64,000 nucleotides of DNA from an uncultured Acidimicrobiales bacterium (lineage in GTDB: Bacteria; Actinomycetota; Acidimicrobiia; Acidimicrobiales; SHLQ01): the NCBI GenBank assembly GCA_938038815.1, contig CALHTF010000004.1:6824-70823 (forward strand), given 5' to 3'. Both the position numbers and the translations under genes were made by a program. Numbering within the stretch: the first letter of the stretch is position 1; every line of letters starts with the position of its first letter. The notes beneath the pieces are model-generated. The model made no database searches. It saw nothing but the letters and a program-made list of their open reading frames with translations, and had not been told where the DNA came from. Of the stretch, positions 1 to 9,457 are shown one piece after another.

Positions 1-568
1 GCACGATATCGATGAGGCCGGTTTCTTCAAGGGCTCGGAACGCCGCCCGCTCGGGCGGGCTTGTCAGGTTGCGTTTGCGGTACCTGCTCGCCTCCCAGAT
101 GTCGATGTCGAGCGGCGCGATGTTGAAGTCGCCGATGAGTAGCACCGGTTCGCCTTCGCCTTGGTCGATTTCGATCCAGGCGGTGAGCAGCCGAAACCAC
201 GCCAGCTTGATGGCGTGATGGTCGGTCCCAACCTTGCGGCCGTTGGGCGCATAGATCGTGTGGACTCGAAGGCCATCGATGGTCGCGCTGATCGATCGAG
301 GATCAGCCAACGGGGCGACCGCTCCGGGAATCCCCCGTTGCACATCGTCGAAGCCCAACCGGCTGAGCATGGCGACCCCGCCCTGGCCGCCGGGTCCGAT
401 GGCTATGACTTCGTAGCCGCGCTCGACAAAGGGCTTCGTAGGGAAGGCGGCGTCGATGCATTTTGTCTCTTGGAGACACAAAACATCGGGTTCGTGTTGG
501 TCGACCCAGTCGACGACGAGGTCGCGTCGAGCACGAATCGAGTCGACATTCCAGGAGGCCACACGCAC
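1..568 (-). CDS. xthA: Exodeoxyribonuclease III (AP endonuclease); C-terminal end runs off the window start
   Basis: Own minus-strand translation from GTG at 568: VRVASWNVDSIRARRDLVVDWVDQHEPDVLCLQETKC...PVLLIGDFNIAPLDIDIW...ERAAFRALEETGLIDIV. An in-frame TAG lies just upstream of the GTG and the frame stays open to position 1. ExoIII/EEP motifs are present (SWNV, LQETK, GDFN). It is absent from the ORF track because it has no stop inside the window. Confidence 0.85.
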   Translation of the reverse strand, partial: MRVASWNVDSIRARRDLVVDWVDQHEPDVLCLQETKCIDAAFPTKPFVERGYEVIAIGPGGQGGVAMLSRLGFDDVQRGIPGAVAPLADPRSISATIDGLRVHTIYAPNGRKVGTDHHAIKLAWFRLLTAWIEIDQGEGEPVLLIGDFNIAPLDIDIWEASRYRKRNLTSPPERAAFRALEETGLIDIV

Positions 569-593
569 GCCCGGAGACTAGCGGTAGGGCTCG

Positions 594-1454
594 TTAGCCC
601 GAGACTCCGACCGGTTCGGCACCGACTGGTTCATGCTCGGGACGATCGACGGGACGCTCGACGACCACATCGAAGTAGAACGAGATGGCGATGGCGGCGA
701 TGAACGCTTCGGTCATCTGCTGCAACCAACCGACGAACGAATGGGCGAACTCGGGCATTCCGTTGATTTGCACCATGACCGGAATAGCGATGAGTAGCCC
801 GTACCAGGCGACGTTGACGAGTCGGTTTCGGTACCGGGCGGCCACATCGAAATACAGCGGTATCGCGAGCAGCGCGCCAAACGCTTCGGAGTTTTCCTGG
901 AGCCAGTTGCCTCGGCTCTCGCCCAAGGCTGCATGCACCGATGGCTTGTACGACACGATGATGATTCCGACTACCAGAATGTAGTAACAGAGTCGGAGCA
1001 CTCGAGAGCGAATGGGAGCACCCCGGCCCCAGGCCGTACTGCTCGGCAGAAAGCCACGAGACCATCCGAGGTAGGCGCTGATGCCAAAAACCGCCACCAA
1101 TGCCTCTTTGAGCGTCACGACGCTGTTCGGAATCGCCATGGCGAATGCCAGCACAAACGACAGGGCGATCAATGCGCCAAAGAACGCGAGTTGCGGTGCG
1201 GAGCTGCGAGGCTGGCGGGCCACGAGTGGGCCACGGTCACCCGGATGCGCATGACGGGCAAACAGTTCCCAGTAGAGCGGAACACCAAACATGATGGCGT
1301 AGGCCTCACTTTGGCGACGGAAGAACTTCATGGGGCCCAGACCAAACAGGTCGGCGAGCACACCTTGATGAACGACGAACCCGAACGCGACCACGGCGAC
1401 GAAATACAGCACCCGGCGGCGCTGAAACTCGAGGTCGGGTAATGGCATGTTCAC
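594..1454 (-). CDS. Polytopic membrane protein of unknown function with a 4x internal repeat
   Basis: 286-aa ORF with multiple hydrophobic helices. A motif of the form [ST/K]EA[FYL]x6-7[PSA]xY[FWL] recurs four times (SEAYAIMFGVPLYWE, KEALVAVFGISAYLGW, SEAFGALLAIPLYFD, TEAFIAAIAISFYFD). I do not recognise the family. Confidence 0.6.
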   Translation of the reverse strand: MNMPLPDLEFQRRRVLYFVAVVAFGFVVHQGVLADLFGLGPMKFFRRQSEAYAIMFGVPLYWELFARHAHPGDRGPLVARQPRSSAPQLAFFGALIALSFVLAFAMAIPNSVVTLKEALVAVFGISAYLGWSRGFLPSSTAWGRGAPIRSRVLRLCYYILVVGIIIVSYKPSVHAALGESRGNWLQENSEAFGALLAIPLYFDVAARYRNRLVNVAWYGLLIAIPVMVQINGMPEFAHSFVGWLQQMTEAFIAAIAISFYFDVVVERPVDRPEHEPVGAEPVGVSG

Positions 1455-1505
1455 CCAGGTGGCATCGACAGCTTTTGAGGTCGGCTTAACGACCGACCCG
1501 CACGG

Positions 1506-2321
1506 CTACAAGTGGGCGTACCAGCTGTACCCTCGCTCGCCCCAGTAGTCGTCGGGCAGCTCGTCGGTGAACTGGATCGACCCGATTCCCTTGATGTGTT
1601 TGATGCCGTACTTCAGCGGTGTCGCCAAACGCAACGGTGCGCCGTGAGCTTGGTCGAGTCGGCCACCGAGCATGTCGTAAGCGAGCAGCGTTTGGGCGTG
1701 GAACATCGACGGCGTGTCGACACTCACGTAGTAGTCGCGGTCGTCCTCGTCCCGATCGACGTACTGGTCGCGGGTGGGGGTGCGCAACGACACGTACGTG
1801 AAGTCGTCCTGCTTCACGTCATAGAGCGCCGCAAAGTCAGAGAACAAGGCGCCTCCCCAGGTGGTGATTTGGCTCCACCCTTCGATGCATTTGTGTTCGA
1901 TGGTCATCTCGTTGCGTTCGAGGGCCAAGATGTCGTCGAGGGTGTGGGTTCCCCACTCTTCACCGTCGGGGCCGAGTACCCGGAGTCGCCACACCGACAT
2001 ATCGATTTCGTTGCGGATGCCGTGGCGGCCGTTGACCCGCAGGATCGACGACTCCGACTTGGGATAGGTCGGCGCAAGATGGTCTTCACGGAACAACTTC
2101 GACCAGAGTTCTTCGTTGAACTCGTGACCGTCGCGCAGCACCTGGGGAATGCGGTTGTCGGTCGGTTGGCCCTGCACCCAGCGCCATCCGGCGAACCCGG
2201 CGAGCGAAGCCGCACCGCCGAGCAGGAACGACCGTCGGGACCGTCCTTTGAATTGCTCTTCGGTAATGAACTCGGTGTCGGCAAACGATTTTGATGAATC
2301 GGGTTTCGATGAATCAGACAT
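1506..2321 (-). CDS. Molybdopterin-dependent oxidoreductase (sulfite-oxidase fold) with a Tat signal
   Basis: Twin-arginine motif GRSRRSFLLGGAASLAGFAGW. The remainder resembles the oxidoreductase molybdopterin-binding domain (HKCIEGWS, PLRLATPLKYGIKHIKGI). Start placed at MSDSS (ATG at 2321), which overlaps the upstream stop by 8 nt. The longer track ORF (to 2396) would overlap the cytochrome b gene by 83 nt. Confidence 0.75.
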   Translation of the reverse strand: MSDSSKPDSSKSFADTEFITEEQFKGRSRRSFLLGGAASLAGFAGWRWVQGQPTDNRIPQVLRDGHEFNEELWSKLFREDHLAPTYPKSESSILRVNGRHGIRNEIDMSVWRLRVLGPDGEEWGTHTLDDILALERNEMTIEHKCIEGWSQITTWGGALFSDFAALYDVKQDDFTYVSLRTPTRDQYVDRDEDDRDYYVSVDTPSMFHAQTLLAYDMLGGRLDQAHGAPLRLATPLKYGIKHIKGIGSIQFTDELPDDYWGERGYSWYAHL

Positions 2322-3171
2322 GGCTGACCTCTTTGGTGGTTGGGTCCGAATCGAGCGCTTGGTCAGGGTCAACGGGCTCGTCGGAGAGATTGGCAAGTGA
2401 GGTAGCAGAGCCGCCTCGGGGTTCGAGTTGGTAACCGGTGACCATCGACCAGAAGTTTCCGAATCCGGCCCGGGCCACCTGGAGAATGTGGATCACGAAG
2501 AAGGCCATAAAGCCAATGGTGATCCAGAAGTGAATGAGGCGGGCGGCCTCGTAACCGCCGAACGCTGAAGTGAGCAGACTCAGCTGGGTTGGTTTGTAGA
2601 TCGCGAATCCGGTCAGCAGCGAGAACAGGCCCGACACCAAGATGATCGAGTAGGTAAGGCGCTGGGCGGCGTTGTAGCTGCCTTCGTGTTCGGGTGCGTT
2701 CTTGCGCAGATACAGGTCGTGCAACACCACGCCGATCGAGTCGCGCAGCCAACCTTTGCGCGGCACCAGGTTGCGCCACTCTTTCGTGAACAACGTGTAG
2801 AGCGCGTACAACGCCCCGTTGATGGCGAACAACCAGCCGAAGGTGAGGTGAAAAGCCAACCCTCGGGCGAGGCGGCGTTCGAGCCCCAGCGCGTCGTTGA
2901 CCGAGTCGGGGAACAGGTCGAACCAGTGCCAGGCGCCGATACCGATGCCGATCTGACCTTGCCGGTCGGCCCAGTAAATGCGTAGCCCACTCCAGATCAT
3001 GATCGTGAGCAACGGGAAGTTGATCCAGTGCATCCAGCGGCTGCCGCGACGGTGCTTGAGTACTGCCCGACGCGAGGTCGAGTCGGCCGCCAGGGCGGCG
3101 GGTGCAGCTTCGCGATCGTCCGCGTTGTCGCCAGCCAGAATGTCGGCTTTGGAAGTTTGGGGCGTTTCCAT
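2314..3171 (-). CDS. Membrane cytochrome b subunit (b561 / Ni-hydrogenase cyt b-like), partner of the Mo-oxidoreductase
   Basis: 285 aa with four or more TM helices and conserved His positions (RWMHWINFPLLTIMIWSGLRIYW, AFHLTFGWLF, RLIHFWITIGF). Translationally coupled to the downstream Mo enzyme. Confidence 0.7.
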   Translation of the reverse strand: METPQTSKADILAGDNADDREAAPAALAADSTSRRAVLKHRRGSRWMHWINFPLLTIMIWSGLRIYWADRQGQIGIGIGAWHWFDLFPDSVNDALGLERRLARGLAFHLTFGWLFAINGALYALYTLFTKEWRNLVPRKGWLRDSIGVVLHDLYLRKNAPEHEGSYNAAQRLTYSIILVSGLFSLLTGFAIYKPTQLSLLTSAFGGYEAARLIHFWITIGFMAFFVIHILQVARAGFGNFWSMVTGYQLEPRGGSATSLANLSDEPVDPDQALDSDPTTKEVSHV

Positions 3172-3247
3172 ACCTAACTAACGGTAACGATCACCAACGA
3201 GTTCCCGGTCGGGCAAAATTCTGCGGCCGACGGACTCACAGGGCAGT

Positions 3248-4426
3248 ATGCGAGACGTGGCAAAACCTCACATTCCCTCGTCGCCCTATGAGATCAGCCC
3301 TGCGTGGGTTACCTCGGTCCTTCACGATCAGGGGTCGCTGCCACACGGTCAACGAGTCACTGGACTCGATGTGTCGTCGCTGGGTGGGGGAGTTGGGCTC
3401 GCCGGCGAGGTTGTGCGGGTGCATTTGCGGTATCCCGCCGACGCCGAGGACGGTCTACCCAAGTCGGTGGTGGCGAAGTTCCCGAACCCCAACCCCACCG
3501 ACCGAGCGATCATCGAATCGCAGGGCGTGTACGAGCGCGAAATTCTGTTCTACCGCGACATTGCGCCCCGTTTGCCCTTTGCGGTGCCCACGCTTTTCGG
3601 CGCCGCTATGGACGCCGGACCGTCGCATGCCATCGTGAGCCGAGCGGCGGTCGGGATCGACAAACTCCCGGCGCGTGCCCACCTCGCCATCGGCCGCAAT
3701 CCCGCCAAGTTTCTGCGGCCCACGAAACGCCGGTACGCCTTGCTGATCGAGGACTTGGGCGACGACCGTAAAGTGTTCACGATCGACGATCCGCCGCCGG
3801 CCGAAAAGCTCGAACTGGCGTTGACCAAGCTTGCACAACTCCACGCCCACCTGTGGGGGCAAGACGACCTGGCCCAGCACCCAGCGTGCTGGCCAATCGT
3901 GAGCGAGACCCCGGTGCTGCAACGCAACGTGTACCTCGAACTCGCCGCCGTGGCCGCCGAGCGGTACCAACTGTTCGACGAGTCGGTGCAGGCGTTGTGC
4001 AACGAGGCGGGCGACCGGTTCCCGACCGATGTGGCCCGGCTGAATCGTCCGATCACCTTGACCCATACGGATCCGCGTTCGGACAACTTCTTGTTCGACC
4101 GGGCCAGCGACGAGGTCACCATCGTCGATTGGGCTATGCCGGGTTTCGCCGATCCGGGTTACGACGTTGGTTACCTTCTCGCATCGTCGCTCGATGCCTC
4201 GTTGGGACGCGAGGTAGCCCGGTCGCTCGTCGAGCACTACCACCGCCAGCTCGAAGGGCTCGGCGTGAGTTATCCGCTCGAAGAGATCTGGCAGTCGGTC
4301 GAGGCCGCCGCCCGGGTGGCGGTTGTGCAGCAGACCTTGTCGCTTTCGATGTTTACCGCCAGCAACCTGAGCGATGGCCACCCGACCGACCACTGGCTAC
4401 CAAGAGCGTTGGCGATACTGCGGTGA
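3248..4426 (+). CDS. Phosphotransferase of the APH / ecdysteroid-kinase-like fold
   Basis: 392 aa with the catalytic loop HTDPRSDNFLF (HxDxxxxN) and a downstream IVDWAMPGFADPGYDVGYLL segment typical of aminoglycoside/choline-kinase-like kinases. Confidence 0.65.
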   Translation: MRDVAKPHIPSSPYEISPAWVTSVLHDQGSLPHGQRVTGLDVSSLGGGVGLAGEVVRVHLRYPADAEDGLPKSVVAKFPNPNPTDRAIIESQGVYEREILFYRDIAPRLPFAVPTLFGAAMDAGPSHAIVSRAAVGIDKLPARAHLAIGRNPAKFLRPTKRRYALLIEDLGDDRKVFTIDDPPPAEKLELALTKLAQLHAHLWGQDDLAQHPACWPIVSETPVLQRNVYLELAAVAAERYQLFDESVQALCNEAGDRFPTDVARLNRPITLTHTDPRSDNFLFDRASDEVTIVDWAMPGFADPGYDVGYLLASSLDASLGREVARSLVEHYHRQLEGLGVSYPLEEIWQSVEAAARVAVVQQTLSLSMFTASNLSDGHPTDHWLPRALAILR

Positions 4427-4442
4427 AACCTGAGGGAGCCTT

Positions 4443-5786
4443 CTAGGGCCCGGTGGCGATCGATGTGTCGTAAGCGACACCGCAGCACCTACTCAGCACA
4501 AAGAGCGCCTCCCGTGCACACCGGTTTGGGTCTTCGCCAGATGCTCGAAAGAGCAGCCGCACGCCTGAGTGGGCGGTGACTTCGAGCTGAGGTTTACTCA
4601 GCGACTGTTCAAATTGCCCGGCATCTTGGGCGGCGCTCAGGAGCCTGATGAGTAGCGCGTGGAGCTTGGCAACGGTATGGCGAGCGGCCTTGCTTTCGCC
4701 CGTCACCGCTAAGGCAGTAAGCGCTTGGGTTAGTGTTGGCCAGTCCGCGAGTAGCTTTGCGCAGCGGTGGACATGGCGCACCGTCGCCGACCAGGGGTCG
4801 CCTTTGCAGGTATCGGCGAGGTCGAGTTCGGCGGCGTTGTCGAGCCCGGCGATGTAGCCATTCAAGATGTCGCAGACGATGTCGTCGAGTTCTCCGACCG
4901 ATCGCCGTACAGTGCGGACGCTCAGCTGTGCGGCTTCGGCGACGTTGTAGAGGGTGGTCATGGCGAAGCCGCGGGCCGCGATTTCCCTTAATGCAGCGTC
5001 ATGAATGGCTGTGCGCGAGTCGACGACGAGCGCCGGGTCGCGGCGTTCTCGGAGGTGATAGCGAGCCTGGTCCGAGATCGACCGTATAAGGTCGCTCACG
5101 CTGTCGTCGTCGGTTGAGTCAGCGAGTTTGGAGATCGACGGCAGGACGGTTTGCAGAATGAGTAGGAGCAGCTCGTGCCCATCGACCGAGTCGTCGACGG
5201 CGGCTCGCATGGCGGTTCCGTCGACCACGATGCGGAACATGACCGCCGCGAGGTTGTGATCCCATGGCTCGCGGAACTCGAGCCCCCAACTTTCAAAGAG
5301 CTGAACGATCAGCGGTTCGTAAACAAGTCGATCTCGTTCATAGAAGTCGGTGATCCGGTTCTGGGCGTAGGGATCAGTCGCTGCCAATGCGGTGACAATT
5401 TGTCGGCCGATGCGATCGATGCGTTCACGGTTCCCGATCCTTGGTGGGGTGGCCATGAGGTACATCGTGTGGGCAAGGTCGCCGGTGTTGGTATCGATGA
5501 GATGTTCGGCGACATCGATACGCGCCGGGGTTGCTCCGCCGACGCCGAGGAGATCGTCGATAAGCCGGTCGGTGAAGTCGGCCTTTCCGCGAAAGTGGTC
5601 GTAGTAACTCCGGCGGCTTCGCCCGGCGGTTCGCGACACCAGCTCGGGGCTCAGACCGCTTTCTAGTACTGCACGGCCCGAGCGGATGAGTGCAACAACG
5701 CCGGATCGAATCAACCGTTCTGTTGGTTCACTAATGTCGGCAATTCTCTGTTCTTCCAGCTTAAGGTCTACTGAGTGCTCACTCAT
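4443..5786 (-). CDS. Large TetR-like regulator with two tandem TetR-type modules
   Basis: 447 aa. The first HTH region ends in GRSRRSYYDHFRGKADF (a TetR signature). A second HTH-like segment FAMTTLYNVAEAAQLSVRTVRRSVGELDDIV occurs mid-protein. Paralogue of 16048-17394. Confidence 0.6.
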   Translation of the reverse strand: MSEHSVDLKLEEQRIADISEPTERLIRSGVVALIRSGRAVLESGLSPELVSRTAGRSRRSYYDHFRGKADFTDRLIDDLLGVGGATPARIDVAEHLIDTNTGDLAHTMYLMATPPRIGNRERIDRIGRQIVTALAATDPYAQNRITDFYERDRLVYEPLIVQLFESWGLEFREPWDHNLAAVMFRIVVDGTAMRAAVDDSVDGHELLLLILQTVLPSISKLADSTDDDSVSDLIRSISDQARYHLRERRDPALVVDSRTAIHDAALREIAARGFAMTTLYNVAEAAQLSVRTVRRSVGELDDIVCDILNGYIAGLDNAAELDLADTCKGDPWSATVRHVHRCAKLLADWPTLTQALTALAVTGESKAARHTVAKLHALLIRLLSAAQDAGQFEQSLSKPQLEVTAHSGVRLLFRASGEDPNRCAREALFVLSRCCGVAYDTSIATGP

Positions 5787-5999
5787 TCGACCGGTTTACC
5801 GTTGGTGCACGACTTGTGCAAAGTTCCAACAAGTCAGCCGAGGCGCCATCTCACATTTTGTTGCATACTTGGCGAGTGCCGTCGTCCCACGGCACCCACG
5901 GTTTCCCCTGGTGTGGAAGGAACCGTAAAAGAAGTTGAAGGCTTTGCCTTCGGCTTGGTGGTTGGCTCGTTCATCCTGGCGGGTGAGCATTTTGGCCAA

Positions 6000-6020
6000 C
6001 CACCAAGCACTTCTTGGTGG
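6000..6020 (-). terminator. Hairpin downstream of the helicase gene (candidate terminator)
   Basis: CCACCAAG-cactt-CTTGGTGG, a perfect 8-bp stem 24 nt beyond the helicase stop. There is no strong U-tract. Confidence 0.35.
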
Positions 6021-6043
6021 CGGCCATTGGGGACAGTGGTTGG

Positions 6044-7687
6044 TCAGAGCTCTTCGAGCCAGGCGTCCGCGCACTTCAGCCGGAACTCCAGTTCGGCGAT
6101 CGTGGTTTCGCTCACCCGGCCAATCCCGGCCCGTTTGTTGAGTTCGCCGTTGACCTGTTGATGGGTGAGGCCGGTCATCCGGGCGAGTTCGCGCACCCGG
6201 TCCATGTTGAAGTCACGCAGCTGCTTCTTATGGGCACGTCGGGTTCGGAGGTCGCCGAGCCCACCCGGCACCGCGGGTTCGGCCACCCCGCGCAGGGGCG
6301 GCGGGGGAGGCAGATCGACGGGGTACCCGACCAGGTCGTCGGGGGTCCCCACCAAGTCTTCGGAGGGATCGATCCCGTCCTCGGGAGGAGCGGCGGTGAT
6401 CACCGTTGAGGACAACGCCGAGAACAACGACATCTGTTCTTCCGCTCGCACCGCGGCGTCGCGGTCATCGAGTTTGCCGACCAAGGCATCCTCGGCGCTG
6501 CTTTTGCGCTTTTCGATCGAGTGCCGTCGTTGCTGGGCGATCGCGAGCGCGTGATTGCGCAGCCGAGGATCGTCGGGGATGTACATGTACGCCCGCTGAG
6601 TCCGCATGCCGGGGGTCCATCGGGCGATTCGCCCAACCGCCTGACGGAAGAACATCGGGGTGGTCGTCGTGTTGGCGAACACGGCGAGCCGCAGGCGCGG
6701 GATATCAACACCCTCAGAGATCATCCGAACCGCCACCACCCAGGGCGTGTCGCTCGAGGCGTAGGACGCAATGAGGTCACTCGCCTTCGGATCGTCGGAT
6801 AGGGCAACGACCGGGGTGGTGCCGAAGCGGGTCTCGATCATCCGAGCGATATCGCGAGCGTGTTCTTGGTCGGTCGCGATCACCAGCCCGCCTGCGTTGG
6901 GATGGACGCGGCGGATTTCGTTCAGACGATTGTTGGCGTGGGTCAGCACCGTGGGTAACCACTGGCCTTCGACGCTCAGCGCGGTGCGGAGCCGGGCACC
7001 CCACTCCGACTTGAGCAGTTCGTCGTCGAACCCGGCGCCGATCTCGTCGCCTTGGTTGTTGATCCACTCCATATGTCCGTCGAAGCGCGGGAAGAACACG
7101 GGCCGCACGACGCCGCCGTCCTGCAAGGCTTCGCCGAAGCCGTATTCGTAGTTAGCGATCGCATCGCCGTAGTCGCCAAAGCTGTACTCGACAAAGGGGA
7201 TAGGGGAGTCGTCGGTCCGGAACGGGGTTCCCGATAGCAAGATCCGACAATCGGCAACCTCAAAGGCGTTCGAGACGCCCTCGCCCCAGGTTTTGTCCGA
7301 CGCAGCGTGGTGGACCTCGTCGAGAATGACCACGCCTTGGTCGCAGAGCTTACGAAGCGCTTGCCACGAACTTGCCGCCTGGCTGTAGGTGACCACGATG
7401 CCGTGCATGTCGCCGGGCAGGCCACCATCGTCGGCCTTCCACGCCGGGTCGAGGTGCAAGCCAAACCGCAACGCCGCCTCGGCCCACTGTCGCTTGAGGT
7501 GCTGGGTCGGGACGACGATGACGATGGGCAGCGGTTCGCCCCGAAGCCGTTGACGAATCGCGGCAAGAGCAAAGGTGGTCTTGCCCGCGCCAGGGCAGGC
7601 GACAGCGAGAAACGAGTCTGGTTCTTGCTTGCCGAACAGCTCGAGGGCCTCGCGCTGCCACGATCGCAAGCTAATACTGCGGGGCAT
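6044..7687 (-). CDS. Superfamily-2 DEAD/DEAH-box helicase
   Basis: Motif I ACPGAGKTTFAL, motif II VILDEVHHA, motif III LLSGTPFR, motif VI FRQAVGRIARW. Start set at MPRSISLRSWQ (ATG 7687). The track ORF extends to 7843, which would overlap the divergent aldolase gene. Confidence 0.8.
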   Translation of the reverse strand: MPRSISLRSWQREALELFGKQEPDSFLAVACPGAGKTTFALAAIRQRLRGEPLPIVIVVPTQHLKRQWAEAALRFGLHLDPAWKADDGGLPGDMHGIVVTYSQAASSWQALRKLCDQGVVILDEVHHAASDKTWGEGVSNAFEVADCRILLSGTPFRTDDSPIPFVEYSFGDYGDAIANYEYGFGEALQDGGVVRPVFFPRFDGHMEWINNQGDEIGAGFDDELLKSEWGARLRTALSVEGQWLPTVLTHANNRLNEIRRVHPNAGGLVIATDQEHARDIARMIETRFGTTPVVALSDDPKASDLIASYASSDTPWVVAVRMISEGVDIPRLRLAVFANTTTTPMFFRQAVGRIARWTPGMRTQRAYMYIPDDPRLRNHALAIAQQRRHSIEKRKSSAEDALVGKLDDRDAAVRAEEQMSLFSALSSTVITAAPPEDGIDPSEDLVGTPDDLVGYPVDLPPPPPLRGVAEPAVPGGLGDLRTRRAHKKQLRDFNMDRVRELARMTGLTHQQVNGELNKRAGIGRVSETTIAELEFRLKCADAWLEEL

Positions 7688-7822
7688 GGAAGCAGCGATG
7701 TTAGTGACCTCGCCGACGCGACGGAACCATGGGGGAGTTTCGCAACCGTTCGGTCTGCGGTAAACAGGAAGTACCAGAGGTAAATTCATCGGCGAACGCC
7801 CACCACGGAGAACGACGAAGCA

Positions 7823-8632
7823 ATGGCAAGTACCGCAGAACAAATGCTCGAAGATTCAGGCGCAATCCAAGGAAACGTCGACCTTCCTTCGGAATCGGCC
7901 TCCCATGAAGAGGAACGGGCGAGCCGCAAACATCGTCTCGCTGGCGCACTTCGGATCTTTGGAAAGCTTGGTTTCGCCGAGGGCGTCGCCGGACACATCA
8001 CGGTTCGCGACCCCGAGTTCACCGATTCGTTCTGGGTCAACCCCTTTGGACGCTCGTTTCGTTACCTGCTGCCCGATGATCTGATTCGGGTAAGCCACGA
8101 CGGCGAGGTTGTCGAGGGCGACGGTGCGCTCAACACCGCAGCGTTTGCCATCCATTCGCAAATCCACGAGGCCCGCCCCGATGTCGTGGCCGCCGCGCAT
8201 TGCCACGCGATCTATGGCAAAACCTTCTCGACCCTCGGACGTCCGATCGACCCGATCTCCCAAGACGCGGCGATGTTCTACAACGATGTTGCGTTGTGCG
8301 CCGACGACGGTGGCGCAATCGTGCTTGAGACCTCCGGCGGTAAGGCCATCGCCAACTCGCTGGGCGACAAAAAGGCTGTGCTGCACCAGAACCACGGCGT
8401 GATCACGGTTGGTCAATCGGTCGACGAAGCTGCGTGGTGGTTTGTGGCCCTCGAGCGGGCCTGCCAATCCCAACTGATGGCCGAAGCGGCCGGCACACCG
8501 ATCCACGTATCGCCCGAGTCGGCCCAACTCAGCTACGACGCATCGGGGCACTCACTCGCCGGCTGGTTCCAGTTCCAGCCCCTTTGGGAAGAACTCATGG
8601 TCACCGACCCCGACTTCCCGAAAGCGCCCTAA
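7823..8632 (+). CDS. Class II aldolase / adducin-family protein
   Basis: 269 aa with GHITVRDP, AAHCHAIYGKTFS and HQNHGVITVG, the typical metal-ligand His pattern of class II aldolase/adducin N-terminal domains. Confidence 0.8.
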   Translation: MASTAEQMLEDSGAIQGNVDLPSESASHEEERASRKHRLAGALRIFGKLGFAEGVAGHITVRDPEFTDSFWVNPFGRSFRYLLPDDLIRVSHDGEVVEGDGALNTAAFAIHSQIHEARPDVVAAAHCHAIYGKTFSTLGRPIDPISQDAAMFYNDVALCADDGGAIVLETSGGKAIANSLGDKKAVLHQNHGVITVGQSVDEAAWWFVALERACQSQLMAEAAGTPIHVSPESAQLSYDASGHSLAGWFQFQPLWEELMVTDPDFPKAP

Positions 8633-8645
8633 ACACCGGCGAAAC

Positions 8646-8693
8646 CCACAATGTGAGACATACCCACCGGTAGATCTCACGAATTGTGGTTTT
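8646..8693 (+). terminator. Compound hairpin plus T-tract after the aldolase gene
   Basis: CCACAAT-GTGAGA...(16-nt loop)...TCTCAC-ga-ATTGTGG followed by TTTTC. The long loop lowers confidence. Confidence 0.35.
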
Positions 8694-8716
8694 CTTCGCG
8701 ACTTTTTGGTCTCGGC

Positions 8717-9409
8717 ATGCGTCCTTTCAGCATGTCCGATGGATCAACCCCCCAACATCAACCCCGCGTGCAACGCTGGGGTCGACGTGAGGTCCGCGGA
8801 ACGTCAGTCAGTTCCCCCGCTGTACTGACCACGGCAACGACATCGATGCCGGTCGTCACACGTCCAACGGAATCTGGATCCCCGCAGTCCCGCTCCGAAT
8901 GTGTGGAGCCTGCCCCGGCTAGTGCTGATGTTTCCCCCCGCATCGCAACTCCGGCTCGCTCAACGACGGTGCTCGAACAACCCACCGATTCCCCCCACGG
9001 TGGGTTGGTACCTGCGCTGAGCGGCGCGACCGCCGATTCGTTGCCGAATCTCGAAACCCCCATCGTGGTCGAGCGCCCGGTCGCTCGGCCCGAACTCGCC
9101 GGGCTGTATGACACCTGGGAGCCGGTTCCGGCCTCGGATGCGTCCGACATCGACACCGAGGTTGACCCAGCCCCGACACCCACCACCAAGCGCGCCACCG
9201 CGTTGATGATGGTCTGCGCGGTAGCAATCGTGGCGATCGTGGTCCTGAGCGCCGTCCGCATGGCCGGGTTCACCGGTCTGGAATCGTCGGCCGACGAACT
9301 CTCGAGCCGCTATGTCCGAGAACTCGTGCTCTGGGTTCCCATGGTCGCTGTCCTGGCCGTCGGCCTCGCGGCCGCCGGGCTTGTCCGGACCCGCCAACTG
9401 AACCAGTAA
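8717..9409 (+). CDS. Hypothetical Ser/Thr/Pro-rich protein with two C-terminal TM helices
   Basis: ORF 8684-9409. ATG at 8717 is preferred because 8684 lies inside the upstream hairpin. The N-terminus is low-complexity and the C-terminus has ALMMVCAVAIVAIVVLSAV and LVLWVPMVAVLAVGLAAAGLV. No recognisable family. Confidence 0.45.
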   Translation: MRPFSMSDGSTPQHQPRVQRWGRREVRGTSVSSPAVLTTATTSMPVVTRPTESGSPQSRSECVEPAPASADVSPRIATPARSTTVLEQPTDSPHGGLVPALSGATADSLPNLETPIVVERPVARPELAGLYDTWEPVPASDASDIDTEVDPAPTPTTKRATALMMVCAVAIVAIVVLSAVRMAGFTGLESSADELSSRYVRELVLWVPMVAVLAVGLAAAGLVRTRQLNQ

Positions 9410-9457
9410 GCGGTCCGGTTATCCCGGCTGCGGTTCGCGATCGCTACCCTGTCGGTT

